A stretch of DNA of 64,000 bases. Source: Antedon mediterranea. Lineage: Eukaryota > Animalia > Echinodermata. Made by a program: the position numbers and the translations under genes. Positions 48,992 through 62,565 of this stretch are shown piece after piece. Numbering within the stretch: the first letter of the stretch is position 1; every line of letters starts with the position of its first letter. The stretch is taken from assembly GCF_964355755.1 (NCBI RefSeq), contig NC_092679.1, positions 4,246,201 to 4,310,200 of the forward strand, written 5' to 3'. Under the pieces are notes generated by a model that did no database searches, was not told the origin of the DNA, and was given only the letters and a program-made list of their open reading frames with translations.

Positions 48992-51900
48992 TCATATTTC
49001 ATTATAATATTATAAAAAAAGTTATTTTCATATTTAGTAGATTAATACTTTCATAATTACAAAAGTCAGAGGCTTTTTGTAAGATTGAAATAATATTAAT
49101 GTTTATGTAAACATACATTTTGTATTCTAAAATAAAAAATAGAAAATAAAAGATTAAATAAATAAACAAAAACAAATAAATAAAAATAAATAAATAAAAA
49201 TAAATATATAAAACAGTACTTTCATTTACCCAGTGCAAATAGGAAGACTTTAATTTAGTAATTTTTAGTTTATAAAAATATTATAAATCAAATTTAATAT
49301 AATATAAAGGTTAAAAACTGTAAATATATAATATTTAATATATAATAATTAGATTGAAGTTATAGTATTGGTTTTTTTATATATATTTAAACTGAAATAT
49401 AAAGTGTATTGTTCACTGTGTAAAATATATATTTTGTGTTGTCTGTCAATATTGTCTCAATATTTTCTGTTATTTCTATATATAAATGTATTTGTATCAG
49501 AATTACTCTCAAATCCCTTTATAAGTTGACTGTCTGCCCATCAGCTCTCCGCAGATGCGTGTATTACAGACTGAAGCCGTAAACAAACATATTTTTGAAT
49601 CAACTTATTGTATCATTTATCATTCTTTCTCTTATCATATTCACCTTGTAGATTTCCATCAGGTGGGTCAGAATTAGTGAGAGCTGTTTGTATATTATAT
49701 AATGTATGACTTTCCTCTCTTGATTATCAAAGACAAGGGGAATTTTTTTAAAGAGATACAAACTAATATATTTTAATAAACTATATTAATTTTAAGATTG
49801 TATATATTATTTATATACATGTGTGACTATATACTCAAATGAAGTTTTGCACAGTATAGGAAGATGATGAGATATGTATATAAGTTAAATAAATGCACTT
49901 GAGAATAGGATTAATATGTGATATATACCTTCATTACAATTTGGTTTTTTTTGCTCATCAACATCAACAGTTATCTAAGGCTCTAATGTTGGTTTTTTAT
50001 TTTGTAAAATCTAGGCTTTGTAATTCTTACAATGTAGTATCGAATCAAATTGAGGATAAACATGCTATCTACACTATCAAACTTTAAAAAAATGTGATGT
50101 GCCCATATAAAGGCATGAGGATGTCATATCACTACCATATTTGGGCACATCACACTTTTTTTTCAAACTAGTTTGATAGTGTAGACAGAGCTTTAGATTT
50201 ACAAATGCCTGAAGAATTTAAACACTTCCAGATGGAAGTTAAAAAGTTTATTGTTAAAGATGTATTGTCCCCCAAAAACATGAAAAATTTAAATTAATGA
50301 AATTAAACTTTATTATTATATTTTTTAGTTTTAATCAAGTTAATCAATTCTGTAGAAAAAAAACGGGAACAAATAATGTTTTTACTTATAAAATCCATTG
50401 GCAGCTAATTTGACTATTTTAAAAAAAAAATTACAGTTTTACGGGTAAATAATGTTTTTTTTTTCGATGTAATTTTTGGTCAAAGTGGATAATTATTATG
50501 TGACATTAAAATGGCATATTCCAAAAACAAATTGTCAATTATTTTTTTCAGGGGACAATACATCTTTAAACAAAATATATTTAATTTATTTTTATATATT
50601 AGCACTAGGATACATATGACATAAATTATTTTCATCTGCACCATGGCAACCATCAGAATAGCCAGTGTATTAATTAGATTAAACACAAGTCAATTAAAAA
50701 ATTTCTTCGATAACCTAGCAAGTTAAAGATTTTTTTCTCACTTATTGTGGCATTAACCACTATTTATTCACTTCATCTTCAACACATTAATACAATTATT
50801 GAATACTTCTGTGAATAATAACTATAACTATGTTATGTTATTGTTATTTTATTTATTTTATTTATTTATTTTTTTTAATATATGTTTACATTATGTGATT
50901 TTATTAATGTTCTTAATGAATCTGAACATTAATATTTTATTAGATAGGGATAATTCCCTGATATAAATAATCCTTCTACAATCCTAATACAATTATTATT
51001 TTCAATACAACTGATAATGATTTTACTAACCTTTAATATTATCGTGATCCACTTGGTTTCTGGCAAAGCTGCTTCTATTTCAAATCTACAAACAAACTCT
51101 GAGCTTCGTCTCAATGCTTAGTTACTCGTTAGTGTAGATGAACATGTGATCTGAAATCCTACCAATCAAGTTTGAGTATGATTGCACTCAATCACTTATC
51201 CTCCGTTCCTTCTCATTGGTTCGTAATAAAACTCTTTTCTTTGTGATTTTCTGATTTATGTATTGATATCTGAAAGTGGCTTGAATATTGAATGGATATT
51301 AAATTGTAAATAGTGAATAGGATTTACGAAGATAGTATTGATTATTTTGTAATTTGATTATAAAGTATCAAGGTGTGACGTCACAACGATAGAGGGCGCT
51401 GCATGGTTGCTAGACAACAAAAAAATGCGTTCAGCGCTACTCTGTTGATAAACAGTAAAGATCTGTATTTCTTTCAAATTATGTATCTTAGCTTAATTTT
51501 TTTTAACTTAAACTGTAGTTGAAGAATAAATAGATTATTAAAAACAAATATTTAGTGATCTTTTGAAATTTCAGTTTGTTTTTATTGAAAATTATTAAGT
51601 TTTAAAATAACTACTTCAATAAGCCTATTCCAAACTATTGGTGATCTTGGAGTCACTCAGGCAGGCTGAACGCTTTTTTGGTTGCGCCAAAAAGGTTAGC
51701 AGGAATACTCAAAAATGTATTGCCAGATCTTTATCAAATTGAGACCACAGAAAGGTGGTTAAGGACCATTCCATTAAATTCTGTAGGCAATCCAGACCAC
51801 AATCCCATTTCTGGACCACTTTTTCAGACCATTTCTTCTCTAAAACTAAGAGGCTATTACTATTCCCAGTTGTTTTGAATGCAGTAGTGTAACTCACAGG

Positions 51901-52525
51901 GCAAAGGCCCCTGGTTTAGCACTCCTAAAGGGCCCTCCAATGTATAGTAGTTGCATTTGTTTGCTCGTGCTCTGGGGCCTATTGAGTTCTATGGCCCCTG
52001 GGTTTGGCCAGTGACCGCTCATAGCCGTTACGCCACTCTTTGAGTGATGGTTTAGTAGACATATGCTGATGACCGTTAACGTGTAGATATAATGTTACAT
52101 GCAATACAGATTTCTTCAAGTACATATTCAGTTAACTCTTTTAACTTAATGAGTCGTCGAATCTCACATTACGGCATTAAAATTTAATAACAAGGACACA
52201 TCATCAAGGACTTGTTTTGTTACTGTTAAGCTTTAAAGTTAATTAACAGATTTGTTTTTTGTTTATGTCGTATTCAGTAGTTATTACAGCATCCAGATTG
52301 ATGGATTAATGCAGAAGTAAATTGACCATGTCAAATTACCGAAGAAAGAAATTAAATTATTCTGCTAAAACAAACAAAAAATTCCAGACGAGGTTAAAAG
52401 TATTGTAGACAAAAATGAATCAAATATATGTGTACCTTTAATATTTAAATTTTTACAAAGAAGCATATTAAAAATTGTTTCAGAATGTTTGCATATTTCA
52501 AGTTTAGAACATAAATTAAATACAC

Positions 52526-52897
52526 CCAGTGGCTTAATTTATACGAATATTCATAACTTAACTTTAATATGTATGAATATTCATAACTAGCCAGTGACTT
52601 AAATATGAATATTCATAACTCAACAAGTGGCTTAGATACATATTCATAACTCTAAATATTTATAACCCAAGAAGTATATTTGAATATTCATAACTTGGCC
52701 AGTGACTTATTATGAATATTATGAATATTCATAATTCAGCCATTGATTTTATTTATATATTCATAATGTAGCCAATGACTTAATATGAATATTCAAGATT
52801 CAGCCAGTGACTTTATATAAATATGTATAACTTAGCTGGTGACTGAATATAAATAAATATCTATAACTAAACTAGTGACTTAATATTAATATTCATA
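52526..52897. repeat. About 32-bp degenerate AT-rich minisatellite
   Basis: Unit approximates ccagtgacttaatatgaatattcataactt. Confidence 0.8.
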
Positions 52898-54104
52898 TCT
52901 CTTTTCCATAAAATCAATTTGTTTGCATATTATTTTAAAAACATATGCAATATCTTATCTTCGTTCACTTATATTACATATATACTGTAATACCATTTTA
53001 CCAGAATTTGAATATAATTTTCTCATCATTTAACAATATAATTTTAGGAGAGAAAAAGAAAATGTAATTGCTTAAATGTTCAGTCACACTTACAGTTTTG
53101 TAAGGTTATGACATATCTTTCTTCTGTATGTATGTCTCTTAATGTCTCTTAACTATGTATAGAGAATTGTTTTAAAAAGGAGCGGGTATATTTAACTATT
53201 GTTTAAAATAATAATGGAAAAATATATATTATTATATTGTGAAATAACTGTGAACTATGATATCTGAAAGCATTTTTGAAGTTCAATGCACAGATATTTT
53301 TTTATTATTCATTTTGTTGTTCAATATAACACTTTAAAATATAAAGCCATAACAAATATATATTGATATACATATATATTATATTCTAAATCATCCCTGA
53401 TGTTAAATATCTTTATTGGGTGTACCAAACAACTTTGTGTATTTTAGGAGACTTTCCTATAATTCTCAAATATAGCAATTTGTGCGCATATATGACAGAT
53501 GAAATTTTTTTATGGATCCTACTGTAATCAAATTATTATTTTGTTAACACCTAATTCTATGGAGAGAAATTTCCATAACACCTATCCAAATGTATATGAA
53601 TTCCCACTAGGTAGGATATAATTCAGGGAATAGATTATTGATAATTATCAGTAATAAGAAATAACGGACATGAGAGATTGATATTTGAACACCATTTATA
53701 TCCTGATAGATTTTCCAATTATTAAATATGTATCTTGAAGTATAAGTCCTATTAATAATGTATATACTATTATCAAATTTACATGACTTTATTGTCCAAT
53801 ATTATTTTTAGTTGCGTCTAAATGCGACTCTACAGCTCACTATGTCGGTCGGTCGGTAAACACTAACTCAAACTTGAGCACGTGACTGCAGCCATGTATG
53901 GCCTTGTTCTTATTAATACTTTTGATTATATGTTCCAGATCCACTTTTACAAGCATCAAATGTTAAAGGTTTCAGGAAATCTACCTACTGGTATATTACA
54001 GTATACTTAACTATATTAGTTAGTTAGATCTCAATGATTCAAAATCATGTTGATTTTATGTCAAAATTCATTCCTTTTTTTTTTAAATATCATACAGTTT
54101 ACTA

Positions 54105-54268
54105 CAGTAACGCAAGGACTTAAACGCAACGCAAACGTTTTAACCAATGACAAGTGAAGTTATAGACAGTTAGCAATCACAAGCGAATAAGCCATCGCTT
54201 GTGATTGGTTAATTCACTTGCGTTGCGTTACGTCCTTGCGTTGCATCGCTAGTGGGAACCACGCTTAA
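54105..54268. mobile_element. Palindromic MITE remnant (decayed copy at about 58230-58345)
   Basis: aacgcaaggac..aacgcaacgcaa / ttgcgttgcgttacgtccttgcgtt, with end ctagtgggaaccacgctta. Confidence 0.65.
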
Positions 54269-54456
54269 ACCCCTATTTAGGAAACACGTACCTTACTGAT
54301 AAAAACAAAAAGTGATCTTGATATTACTGTATGTACAGTAGCTTGTTATGTCTTTTTTTGCCCATCGTTCATTTCACAAAAAAGTGTCCTCTAATTTGGA
54401 TGCCCCCTTAATAGGTTGGTCCCAAAGAAGGATCATGTATGTTATTGTGTCACTAT

Positions 54457-55596
54457 TTATTCAACATTTCCATTGCGTCTCTCTATGGAACCCATCTCGA
54501 TACTTGACTGTGTCCGTTTTGATCGACTGTCAGTTGTAATTGTCAAGTTTTCTCTTAATTCTGGCTTCTTACAACAAAGGACTTGTTTCATGGCTCTACG
54601 AAAATCTTTTCGAACCAGCATATAAATAACGGGATTAATCGCAGAGTTAACGTACAGAAGCAGAGCTGTAACGTAATGAAATGTATGCGACACATTTATA
54701 TCAAATAAGGTTAAAAAGAGGCTGAAATTAAGCGGAATAACACAAATGATGTACACTGCTGTCGTAGCTATCAGCATGTTGATCACACGTTGTCGTTTTG
54801 CTAACTGATGTTTTCCAAGAGTCTTCAACGCGTTTCGTTTCAGCTGCTTGATCGCAAAAATGTATAAAACAATAATAATTGGAACTTCCAAAATCGCTAG
54901 AATTTCATCCATAATATGTAGGTATCTAAAGCCGTTTGTGTAACGCGTCGTGCAAAGTTTAGAAACTCTCGGATACGCTGTGGCGTCGTAACTTGTTTCC
55001 CATATGAGGTCGTATTCTTGTATCGTCTGATTCGTGTAGTAGGCAAGCGTAGGCACGAGATAAATTATCCAAACTGCGACAGATACGTAAATTGCTGTTT
55101 TGTTCGTGCTGATAATTCTGAAACGAATAGGATGGCATATTGCCAAGTAACGATCAAGCGCGACAAACAGAATCATAGCGCATGATACTGCTCCGCTCCA
55201 GTTCAGAATACTTTCAAAAATTATGCAAAAATATATCGCTTGATCGCCAAGACCACCGACATCTTCTATAAGAACAGGGCTCGTTGAGTAAACAATCCAA
55301 CGTCGTATCATAGATGATAGTAAATACGTTGTATCGGCAAGTGCTAGACTTATCAGATACATGTTTGTTGGCGTATGAAATATTCTGCAGCGTATGATCA
55401 TCAGGATCACTAGCAAGTTACCGCAGATACCGACCGTGAAAGTTATTGGCATTATCCCTTTTAGCAGGATTAGTGACGCCATGTTGTAAACTCTTTCGTT
55501 GTAGTTTGAGTCGTTGATGGTGTATGCATTGTCTGAATAGGGTTCTACATCACTTGAGAATGAAAACGACCCGTGATAGTCGCTGTTTAGGTCCAT
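54457..55596 (-). CDS. Class A GPCR, paralog of 46013-47137, nested in PARP1 intron
   Basis: 379 aa from MDLNS. The ORF-track extension to 55650 runs through a poly-T acceptor (ttttttttgcag|ATG). Motifs DRYLAICHP, CVIP, NSAINPVIY; shares DE...LE.PIIIVLY..AI..L with the paralog. Confidence 0.93.
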   Translation of the reverse strand: MDLNSDYHGSFSFSSDVEPYSDNAYTINDSNYNERVYNMASLILLKGIMPITFTVGICGNLLVILMIIRCRIFHTPTNMYLISLALADTTYLLSSMIRRWIVYSTSPVLIEDVGGLGDQAIYFCIIFESILNWSGAVSCAMILFVALDRYLAICHPIRFRIISTNKTAIYVSVAVWIIYLVPTLAYYTNQTIQEYDLIWETSYDATAYPRVSKLCTTRYTNGFRYLHIMDEILAILEVPIIIVLYIFAIKQLKRNALKTLGKHQLAKRQRVINMLIATTAVYIICVIPLNFSLFLTLFDINVSHTFHYVTALLLYVNSAINPVIYMLVRKDFRRAMKQVLCCKKPELRENLTITTDSRSKRTQSSIEMGSIERRNGNVE

Positions 55597-56573
55597 CTGC
55601 AAAAAAAAAAAGAACCAAAATTTACCAAATTTGTTGTGGTGTACTGTCACTGTTCAGACACTACATAGTTATCTATTCGTGGCGTACAACTTCATAGGTC
55701 TGAAACAGAAAAAGATTAGTGGAAGCCTCCTCTTACGACCCTGATCTTTCGTTCATTACAACAGCTCAAGGTACAAGATGTACACAACAACTCACCAAAA
55801 ACATATCCATAAAACAAAGCTTATTTTTATATCAATAAAAATTCATTGTAGCGCCATATAAGTTATTCATATGTAATTTTTGGTGGTTAGTTTTTGATTA
55901 CAATCTTGCTGGCGTCTTGTAAATCTTACTGGCTTCATAGTCAGATTATTGACAGGTTTGGATATATTTATTCTTGGTAAGGTGATTATTATAAAAAAGA
56001 AATGGTATTAAACAATTTTTTTAGTACTATATAATGAACGTTCAATAGTGCGTACTATTGCACGCCAAGGGATCTCCTAATCAAATGACAAATATATTTA
56101 GGTTTTAAATATAATATTTTATTACATTTTTGCTTAAAAAGTTTGCGTTTCATTAAAGTAAGTATTAAATGAAACTTGCATCAGAATATAAATTAGATTA
56201 TTCTGGTTGGCTGAATGACGTACACTATAATAAAAAGTCAATATGGTTGGCAAAAAAAAATCACATTTTTAACTTACAGTAGGCCTATTTATTTCCTAAT
56301 TTGAAGCGCATTGTGTGCTATAGCATATAATGCACAAACTATTCCACAATACATATTTCATGTTTGATAATAGTTGTTTAATCATGCTTAATACTATAAA
56401 TCAAAAATTGGTTTGTAATTTAGTCTTAAAGGTGTATTGTTCCTTGCAATAACAAAAGTTAATTGAATTTTTGTTTTTAATTAGCTTGCAAATTATCCCA
56501 AATAAATATGTTATTGACTGTTGGTCATTCTATGTACTTTATCCAGGCTCTTATATTTAATAAGGGTTAAAAC

Positions 56574-56599
56574 CATGGAGGTATTTTTATACCTCCATG
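56574..56599. mobile_element. 26-bp TIR-only micro-element with 8-bp TSD
   Basis: gttaaaac|CATGGAGGTAT tttt ATACCTCCATG|gttaaaac. Confidence 0.7.
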
Positions 56600-57007
56600 G
56601 TTAAAACTTTTAAATAAACAAGCTTCATTCACCATTTAAGATAAATTTGTTTACTTACCATGAAATTGTTTAAATCCATTCAAATGAAAAGTCTTTTAAA
56701 CAATCACATCTGATTTTGCAAACTGCAGTGGTTTTATCAAAGGCACCCTAATTTATAGGTACTTTTGTACAAGATAGTCAGGAAGCTGTTTCCATTGGAT
56801 TAACGTATCACAAGTTGCTATTCAATAGACAGTTGAACACTGTATGATTCATGCCAGGCCCCTACACTTCTTTTTCTACTGGCCTGCCTGCCTGCACATT
56901 TCGCAAATAGTTATCTTATTGATGATTGATGTCATTATTAGACCTGCTAGAACTATATTTTATTTCAGTGGTTTGATTTCTATGATAAGAAAAACATTTT
57001 TTCTTAA

Positions 57008-57356
57008 AGATGTATTGTCCCCCTGAAAAAATAATTCTTACAAATTTTTTTGTTAAATATTCCATTTTAGTGTAACATAATAGTTATCCACTTTGACCAA
57101 AAATTGGATCGAAGAAAAAAATGTATTTACTTGAAAAAAATGTAATTTGGAGCAAAAAAATTGTCAAATTGGCTGCCAGCCAATGGATTTTTGGTTGAAA
57201 TTAACCATTTATTTTGTCATTTTATAAGTGAAAACATGATTTTGTTCATTTTTTTTTCTATGGAAGTGATTAACTTTATTAAAACTACAAAATAACATAT
57301 TCAAAATCTGATTAAATTAATCTTCATTTTTCATGTTTTTGGTGGACAATACATCT
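57008..57356. mobile_element. Kolobok-type non-autonomous element (TTAA TSD, AG..CT ends), family B
   Basis: ttaa|agatgtattgtcc ... ggacaatacatct|ttaa. Copies at 25826-26094 and 50258-50565; partial or decayed copies near 21790-22120, 23600-23885, 42415-42763, 47205-47335 and 48599-48828. Confidence 0.8.
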
Positions 57357-59241
57357 TTAAACCATTATACACAAAGCATTTTTAAACATCTTTCTTTAAC
57401 TTTTGTATTGTTTTAGTTACGTTCTTAATTTTTTTACTTTTAATTGTTTGTTGGTTTTTTTTGTATAGTTTTGTATACTACAGTAAAACGGCCTTGTTAA
57501 AAACACTATATTAAGTGATCAAGTTTTCTGTTTTCAAATAAAGTTATTATTATTATTATAATGCTTTTATACAGTAATTTAACAAAACATTTTTTACAGC
57601 ATTTTTCTTCATTTCATAGATTTCATTCAAGTCAGTCACAAAACAGAAACAATTACCATATAAAGTACAATACCATTTTGATTACATTTTTTGTTTATAC
57701 AATTTTAATTTTGATGTATTTTATATTAGGGATGTTTTTGAATAAATTGAATGTACTTAAAAAACCAGTACACAAGTATAACAAGTACACAAGTATAACA
57801 ACTATAACAAAGTACTGCACTTTTGAAAAGCATGTGATTGTGTACTTAAATGTAATAATAATTTTATTTTGATAATTTATTATATAAACAATAAATGTTT
57901 GTCTCGCTTGCATGACAAATAATGTTAAATAACTACATTAAGATTTCTGTTTCTGTTTTTTTTCCACACATGATAAGAAGTATAGTGGCAAAGAATATAC
58001 TGAAACATCAGATTTTAAGTTACATTATAAACAAGTTTATTGGTAGCTATAATATAAATGAACAAACTAAGAAACAAATATGTTTTGATATACATCTACT
58101 GCCATCCTCAGTTAAAAACTTAATGTTTAGGTAAATGTGTATTTAATTTATAATATAATTTTAACCTGTACATTACAGTATAGTAGACAACTTAGCTGAA
58201 AAAAGTTATTTTAACATGATTAAGTTATGTTACAAAGCAAGCGCTTTGACCAATGAGAAGCAACAGTTCAAACAGACCATCGCCTGTGATTGGTCAAATT
58301 ACATTGGGCTTATCTTTGTGTACATCCTAAATGGGAGCAAGCTTTAATACAATATAAATAAAATAATAATAATAAACAGTATTTATATAGCGCCTAATGG
58401 ATCACTGACCCCTCCAGGTGCTTTACATTAGACCTTAACTAATGGTAATAAACTATCCCCCGCCGGACACCATTCCGGTATTTCTTAGTCGAGGTTTCGG
58501 GGATGGAGACAATCAATAATGTGAAAAAAAAAAAAAAATCATAAATTTAGTTAAATAACACATTCAGTTAATATAACAAACACATCTCACTCAACATTCG
58601 GATTTGTATTTATATTGTAAACTTTTAAACAGCAACACTGAATATAATTTAAAAAGTAAATTCATTCCTCAATTACTTACAGAACATGTTTGCACTCACG
58701 TGCACAGTTCGGCTTCGAATGTTGTATATCATATTTAATGTTTATCATTTTGAAATCATAATTTCCATAATGTCGTGTTTTGTTTTTTTTAATGGGTGAT
58801 TAATGTTCCCACCCGGAAATTGGAAATATATCTCTTTCGAATCTTGGTGCCACATACATTGTGCAGGAATGAAATTTAATTCAACGTAACATATAAATTA
58901 AGTTAATGTTAAGTTAATTTGTAACTGTAACAACTGTCTGTTGTAATATATTAATGTTAATCGCTTTGGTGATCTATGTCCGATTTGATTATGATTGACT
59001 GCTTATCGCGTCATCTAAACATTTTAAATGGTTTGAGATTAATTTAAGTAGACTATGTACAAACTGTTTGAAAAGATTTGAAGCTTATTTTGGAGAAAAA
59101 AAAATATAGTAAAAAAATATGAACACATTGAATACTATACAAATAATGCATGTTTGAGTTTGATATTCAAAATAGTTGAAAAATTGACTATGTTTTCAAT
59201 TATTTGTCGTACGCTTTTGAATCGGTGTCGATAGCCAGGGG

Positions 59242-59575
59242 CCGATATTTCTTTCCGTACAAAAGTTTGGGACCCTTTGTGAAACGTCACAAAATAAACA
59301 TGAATATTTATTAGTCATATCCATAAGGTGTGACGTAAGAATTGAGCTACTAACTACAATTCGCTAATACAAAGGTTTTCTGTCGAGTCGTCTGTGTAGT
59401 CGAGTGGATAAGGCTATGGACTTGACATGTCGATGTATGGGGTTCGAATCCCATGAGCAACATCTTTACTTTATATTGAGAGATTATTTAGAGGATTAGG
59501 TTTATAATATATTTAAGAAGTAGTTTGGTAGTATCTTTCACATGGGGTCCCCAACTTATGTACGAAAAAAATCGC
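59242..59575. mobile_element. Shorter relative of the same MULE family carrying a tRNA-like segment
   Basis: Same TIR family; TSD agccagggg/agccagagg; internal A box tagtcgagtgg and B box ggttcgaatcc. Confidence 0.75.
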
Positions 59576-62110
59576 AGCCAGAGGAGGCTAGGCCATCAAG
59601 GCAACACTCGGATTTTAGCAAGTTATTTTTTAACTGTTTTATGGTTGTTTTGCAAGTTTTTTAGGTCATCAACCACGTACAAGCTTTAACTTTTTGATGA
59701 TGATGGACCGTTTCATCTTTTATGTATTTTATTCTATAATTTTTATTGATATTTTTGCATTTTCTCTTTGGATGAATAAAAATTTATGAAATGAAAGGTT
59801 TTCAAAGCAATCGTTACCAGCCTTGCGTTGAACAAATTCTAAAAACTGTATGCAAGAAGAAGAATCGGCTTTAATATCGTTTAATATAACCATTAAATGA
59901 ATGTTTACCATGCATTAAAACTAACATGTGATACAATCAAATGGCAAGGAAACATTTATTACAACAAGGTATATTCTCTGTACAGTGCGAGAAATAAATA
60001 AAGTACAGTATGAATATATTTTTTCAATCGTGACGTCCTGTATGATTGTAGTAATTGTATTTCAAAAACTGTTAACGTATCATTAGAAAAGCTTAGAAAG
60101 TTTCTCTTTTGTCAAATTTCACATGTAGCCTACAGTCATTAGAATAATTTACAAAGTACAAATACATTTCATGAAATTGTTACAAGAACCTGTGTTGTCA
60201 ATGTAAACTAGGCTAATTACTTTTCCAGCGTAATCTTACTTATCCGGCCATAAATAATTCTAGTCATGTATGTCGTCAACATCGATTTATTTTCGCAATA
60301 CTTCAAAATAAATTACTTAATTTAATTCAGTACTTTAAATCGATAGAAACTGGGATAAATTTGATTCACATGTTACAAGCTCTGTTCCTTCATTAATATT
60401 CATGAGATGGATGATTGAATATTCATTATGAACAAGCTTTAGCGCAAAACTTGGTCTCTGTATGTTGTTAGAAAAGAATCTTTGTATGTATAGAATATAC
60501 CAGTTAACACACACAGGTTGTTTTGTGCTCTAGAGAGAGAATCTATTGTTTGAAGGTTTGCATGGCAAAATCAAATGTTGATATAAAGTTTGCGGTACAC
60601 CACGGATATATAGTTCTGAAATGAACTGAAACTCAAGGACGATCAAAGTATATTGATCGAAATGTTGAGAAACTCAACAGTTCTTTTCAGAACTATGTAT
60701 ATGTGTTGTACCAAAACTTTATATCAATGAGAGAGAATCTGTTTTTGTTACTGCATGCATCATCGCGTCAAATTCGTGTTCTTTTTGTCATGAGTTTACC
60801 ACATTTCAGTTTAAGCTGTGGTTGCGAATAGCTCCATGGAAAGCGATTGCAAAACAGTTTTCGTTGAAGCCCCTAAAGGTGTTTTGAACCAGTAAAAGCA
60901 TCTGTCCATTCACCATCTCAAGATGCATTTGGACCTAATATAAATTGCAAATAAAATGACCCTTAACTTTTTAAAGTCCATCTTTAGATTTTAGTAGCAG
61001 CTAAACAGAATTTATTGTTTTTTGAAATGAATTAACTAGTTACAAAGGTGATTTCACTTCGATGGTACCCCTAAGGTTGTTACAGTAGGACATGGCTGTT
61101 AAGTATTCAGCCCTGTTTTTCACTTGTACTCTGGTTGTCAATGTATGATTGATTGATTATATTGTTATTTTCTTTAATTAAATTTTATTACAACTGTGGA
61201 ATCAGAGATCAATTTAAATTTTGCTTCTGTTCAAATTTTTGGGTGTAATCCATTAATTAAATTACAATCACTGTTATTATGTTATTATATATGTAGAGGT
61301 AAAGGTTTTATATATTATAAATCAAGGTGTTTTGTTTTATACATGCAATCCGCATGCATCTCCGCTCAAAATTCAATTGTTTTGAATGTTGTATATTCAT
61401 TGTTTGATAAGGGGGGTAGTGGAGGATCCAGGATTTTGCAATGTGGTCTAAAAATGGTTGTCATGATCACCTCATGTTTACAGCTCTATTCCATACGCAT
61501 CCAACAGCCAGTAAAATTACAGGATGGATAAACTATTTAATAATTTATCGTGCTTATAAACTAAATATCATTTGAGGGTTAGGGAGTGGATTTGAAAGAG
61601 TCGTGAGTTACAACCATGGCACTAGGTCAGGATTGAACCCCGGACCTTGGGATTGGAGGTCAAGCATGTTAACCGCCAAGCTACAGCTCCACTTTGTACT
61701 TTCCTTCCATATACCATATTTGTATATAAATAATTTCAAGTCTATTTATATCAAACTTTTGAACAATTAATTTTAATTTTGCTCAATATAAATCACAGAT
61801 TCAGTCATATTTTTAGAATAATTACTGTATACAGTATTATTATATTTATTATAATATTGTTTTGACAGGTCAAACGGTATTGCTTTATGGCCGGGTAAAG
61901 AGAAGATAATAACTGTTTGACCCTTCATAATGAAAAATTATGACCTTTAAAAAATTGTTATCGTGTACAATTCTGATCATGATTTGTTTTAAAACTCAAT
62001 TAAATTTTCAAATAAAACGATTTTTCCAATGCCAAGATAACAATTATGAGATTTCCTCTTTGAATTTCTTATCACTGTAATACTACAGTACATATGATAA
62101 TTTAATATAT

Positions 62111-62565
62111 TACTTCAGTAGTATAGTTGATATTGGACAACAGGTTGCTTAAGTTAATTCAGTGATTCAGTTCACACTTATGCCGAGTCACGCTACAGCT
62201 CATGATCAACTTACTATTTCATACCAATCGTTATTATAGTCTAGATTGATAAAATAAACATTGTTATTACTTCAATAGTTATAATAGTGGGCAACAGGTT
62301 GCTTAAGTTAATCCAGTGATTCAGTTCACACTTATGCCGAGTCACGCTACAGCTCATGATCAACTTACTATTTCATACCAATCTTTATTATAGTCTAGAT
62401 TGATAAAATAAACATTGTTATTACTTCAATAGTTATAATAGTTGGCAACAGGTTGCTTAAGTTAATCCAGTGATCCAGTTCACACTTATGCTATAACAGC
62501 TCATGATTAACTGTACTATTTTATACCAATCTTTATTATATTTTAGATGGATAAATTAAACCTTG
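62111..62565. repeat. 154-bp tandem repeat, 3 copies
   Basis: caacaggttgcttaagttaat at about 62138, 62292 and 62446. Confidence 0.92.

Noticed and set aside
47691-50087. Duplicated 78-aa and 64-aa ORFs as small genes
   Set aside because: Low-complexity AT-rich frames, duplicated only because of the local segmental duplication.
55597-55650. N-terminal extension MTVHHNKFGKFWFFFFLQ of the 397-aa ORF
   Set aside because: It is a translated polypyrimidine tract and acceptor; the paralog has the same AG|ATG arrangement.
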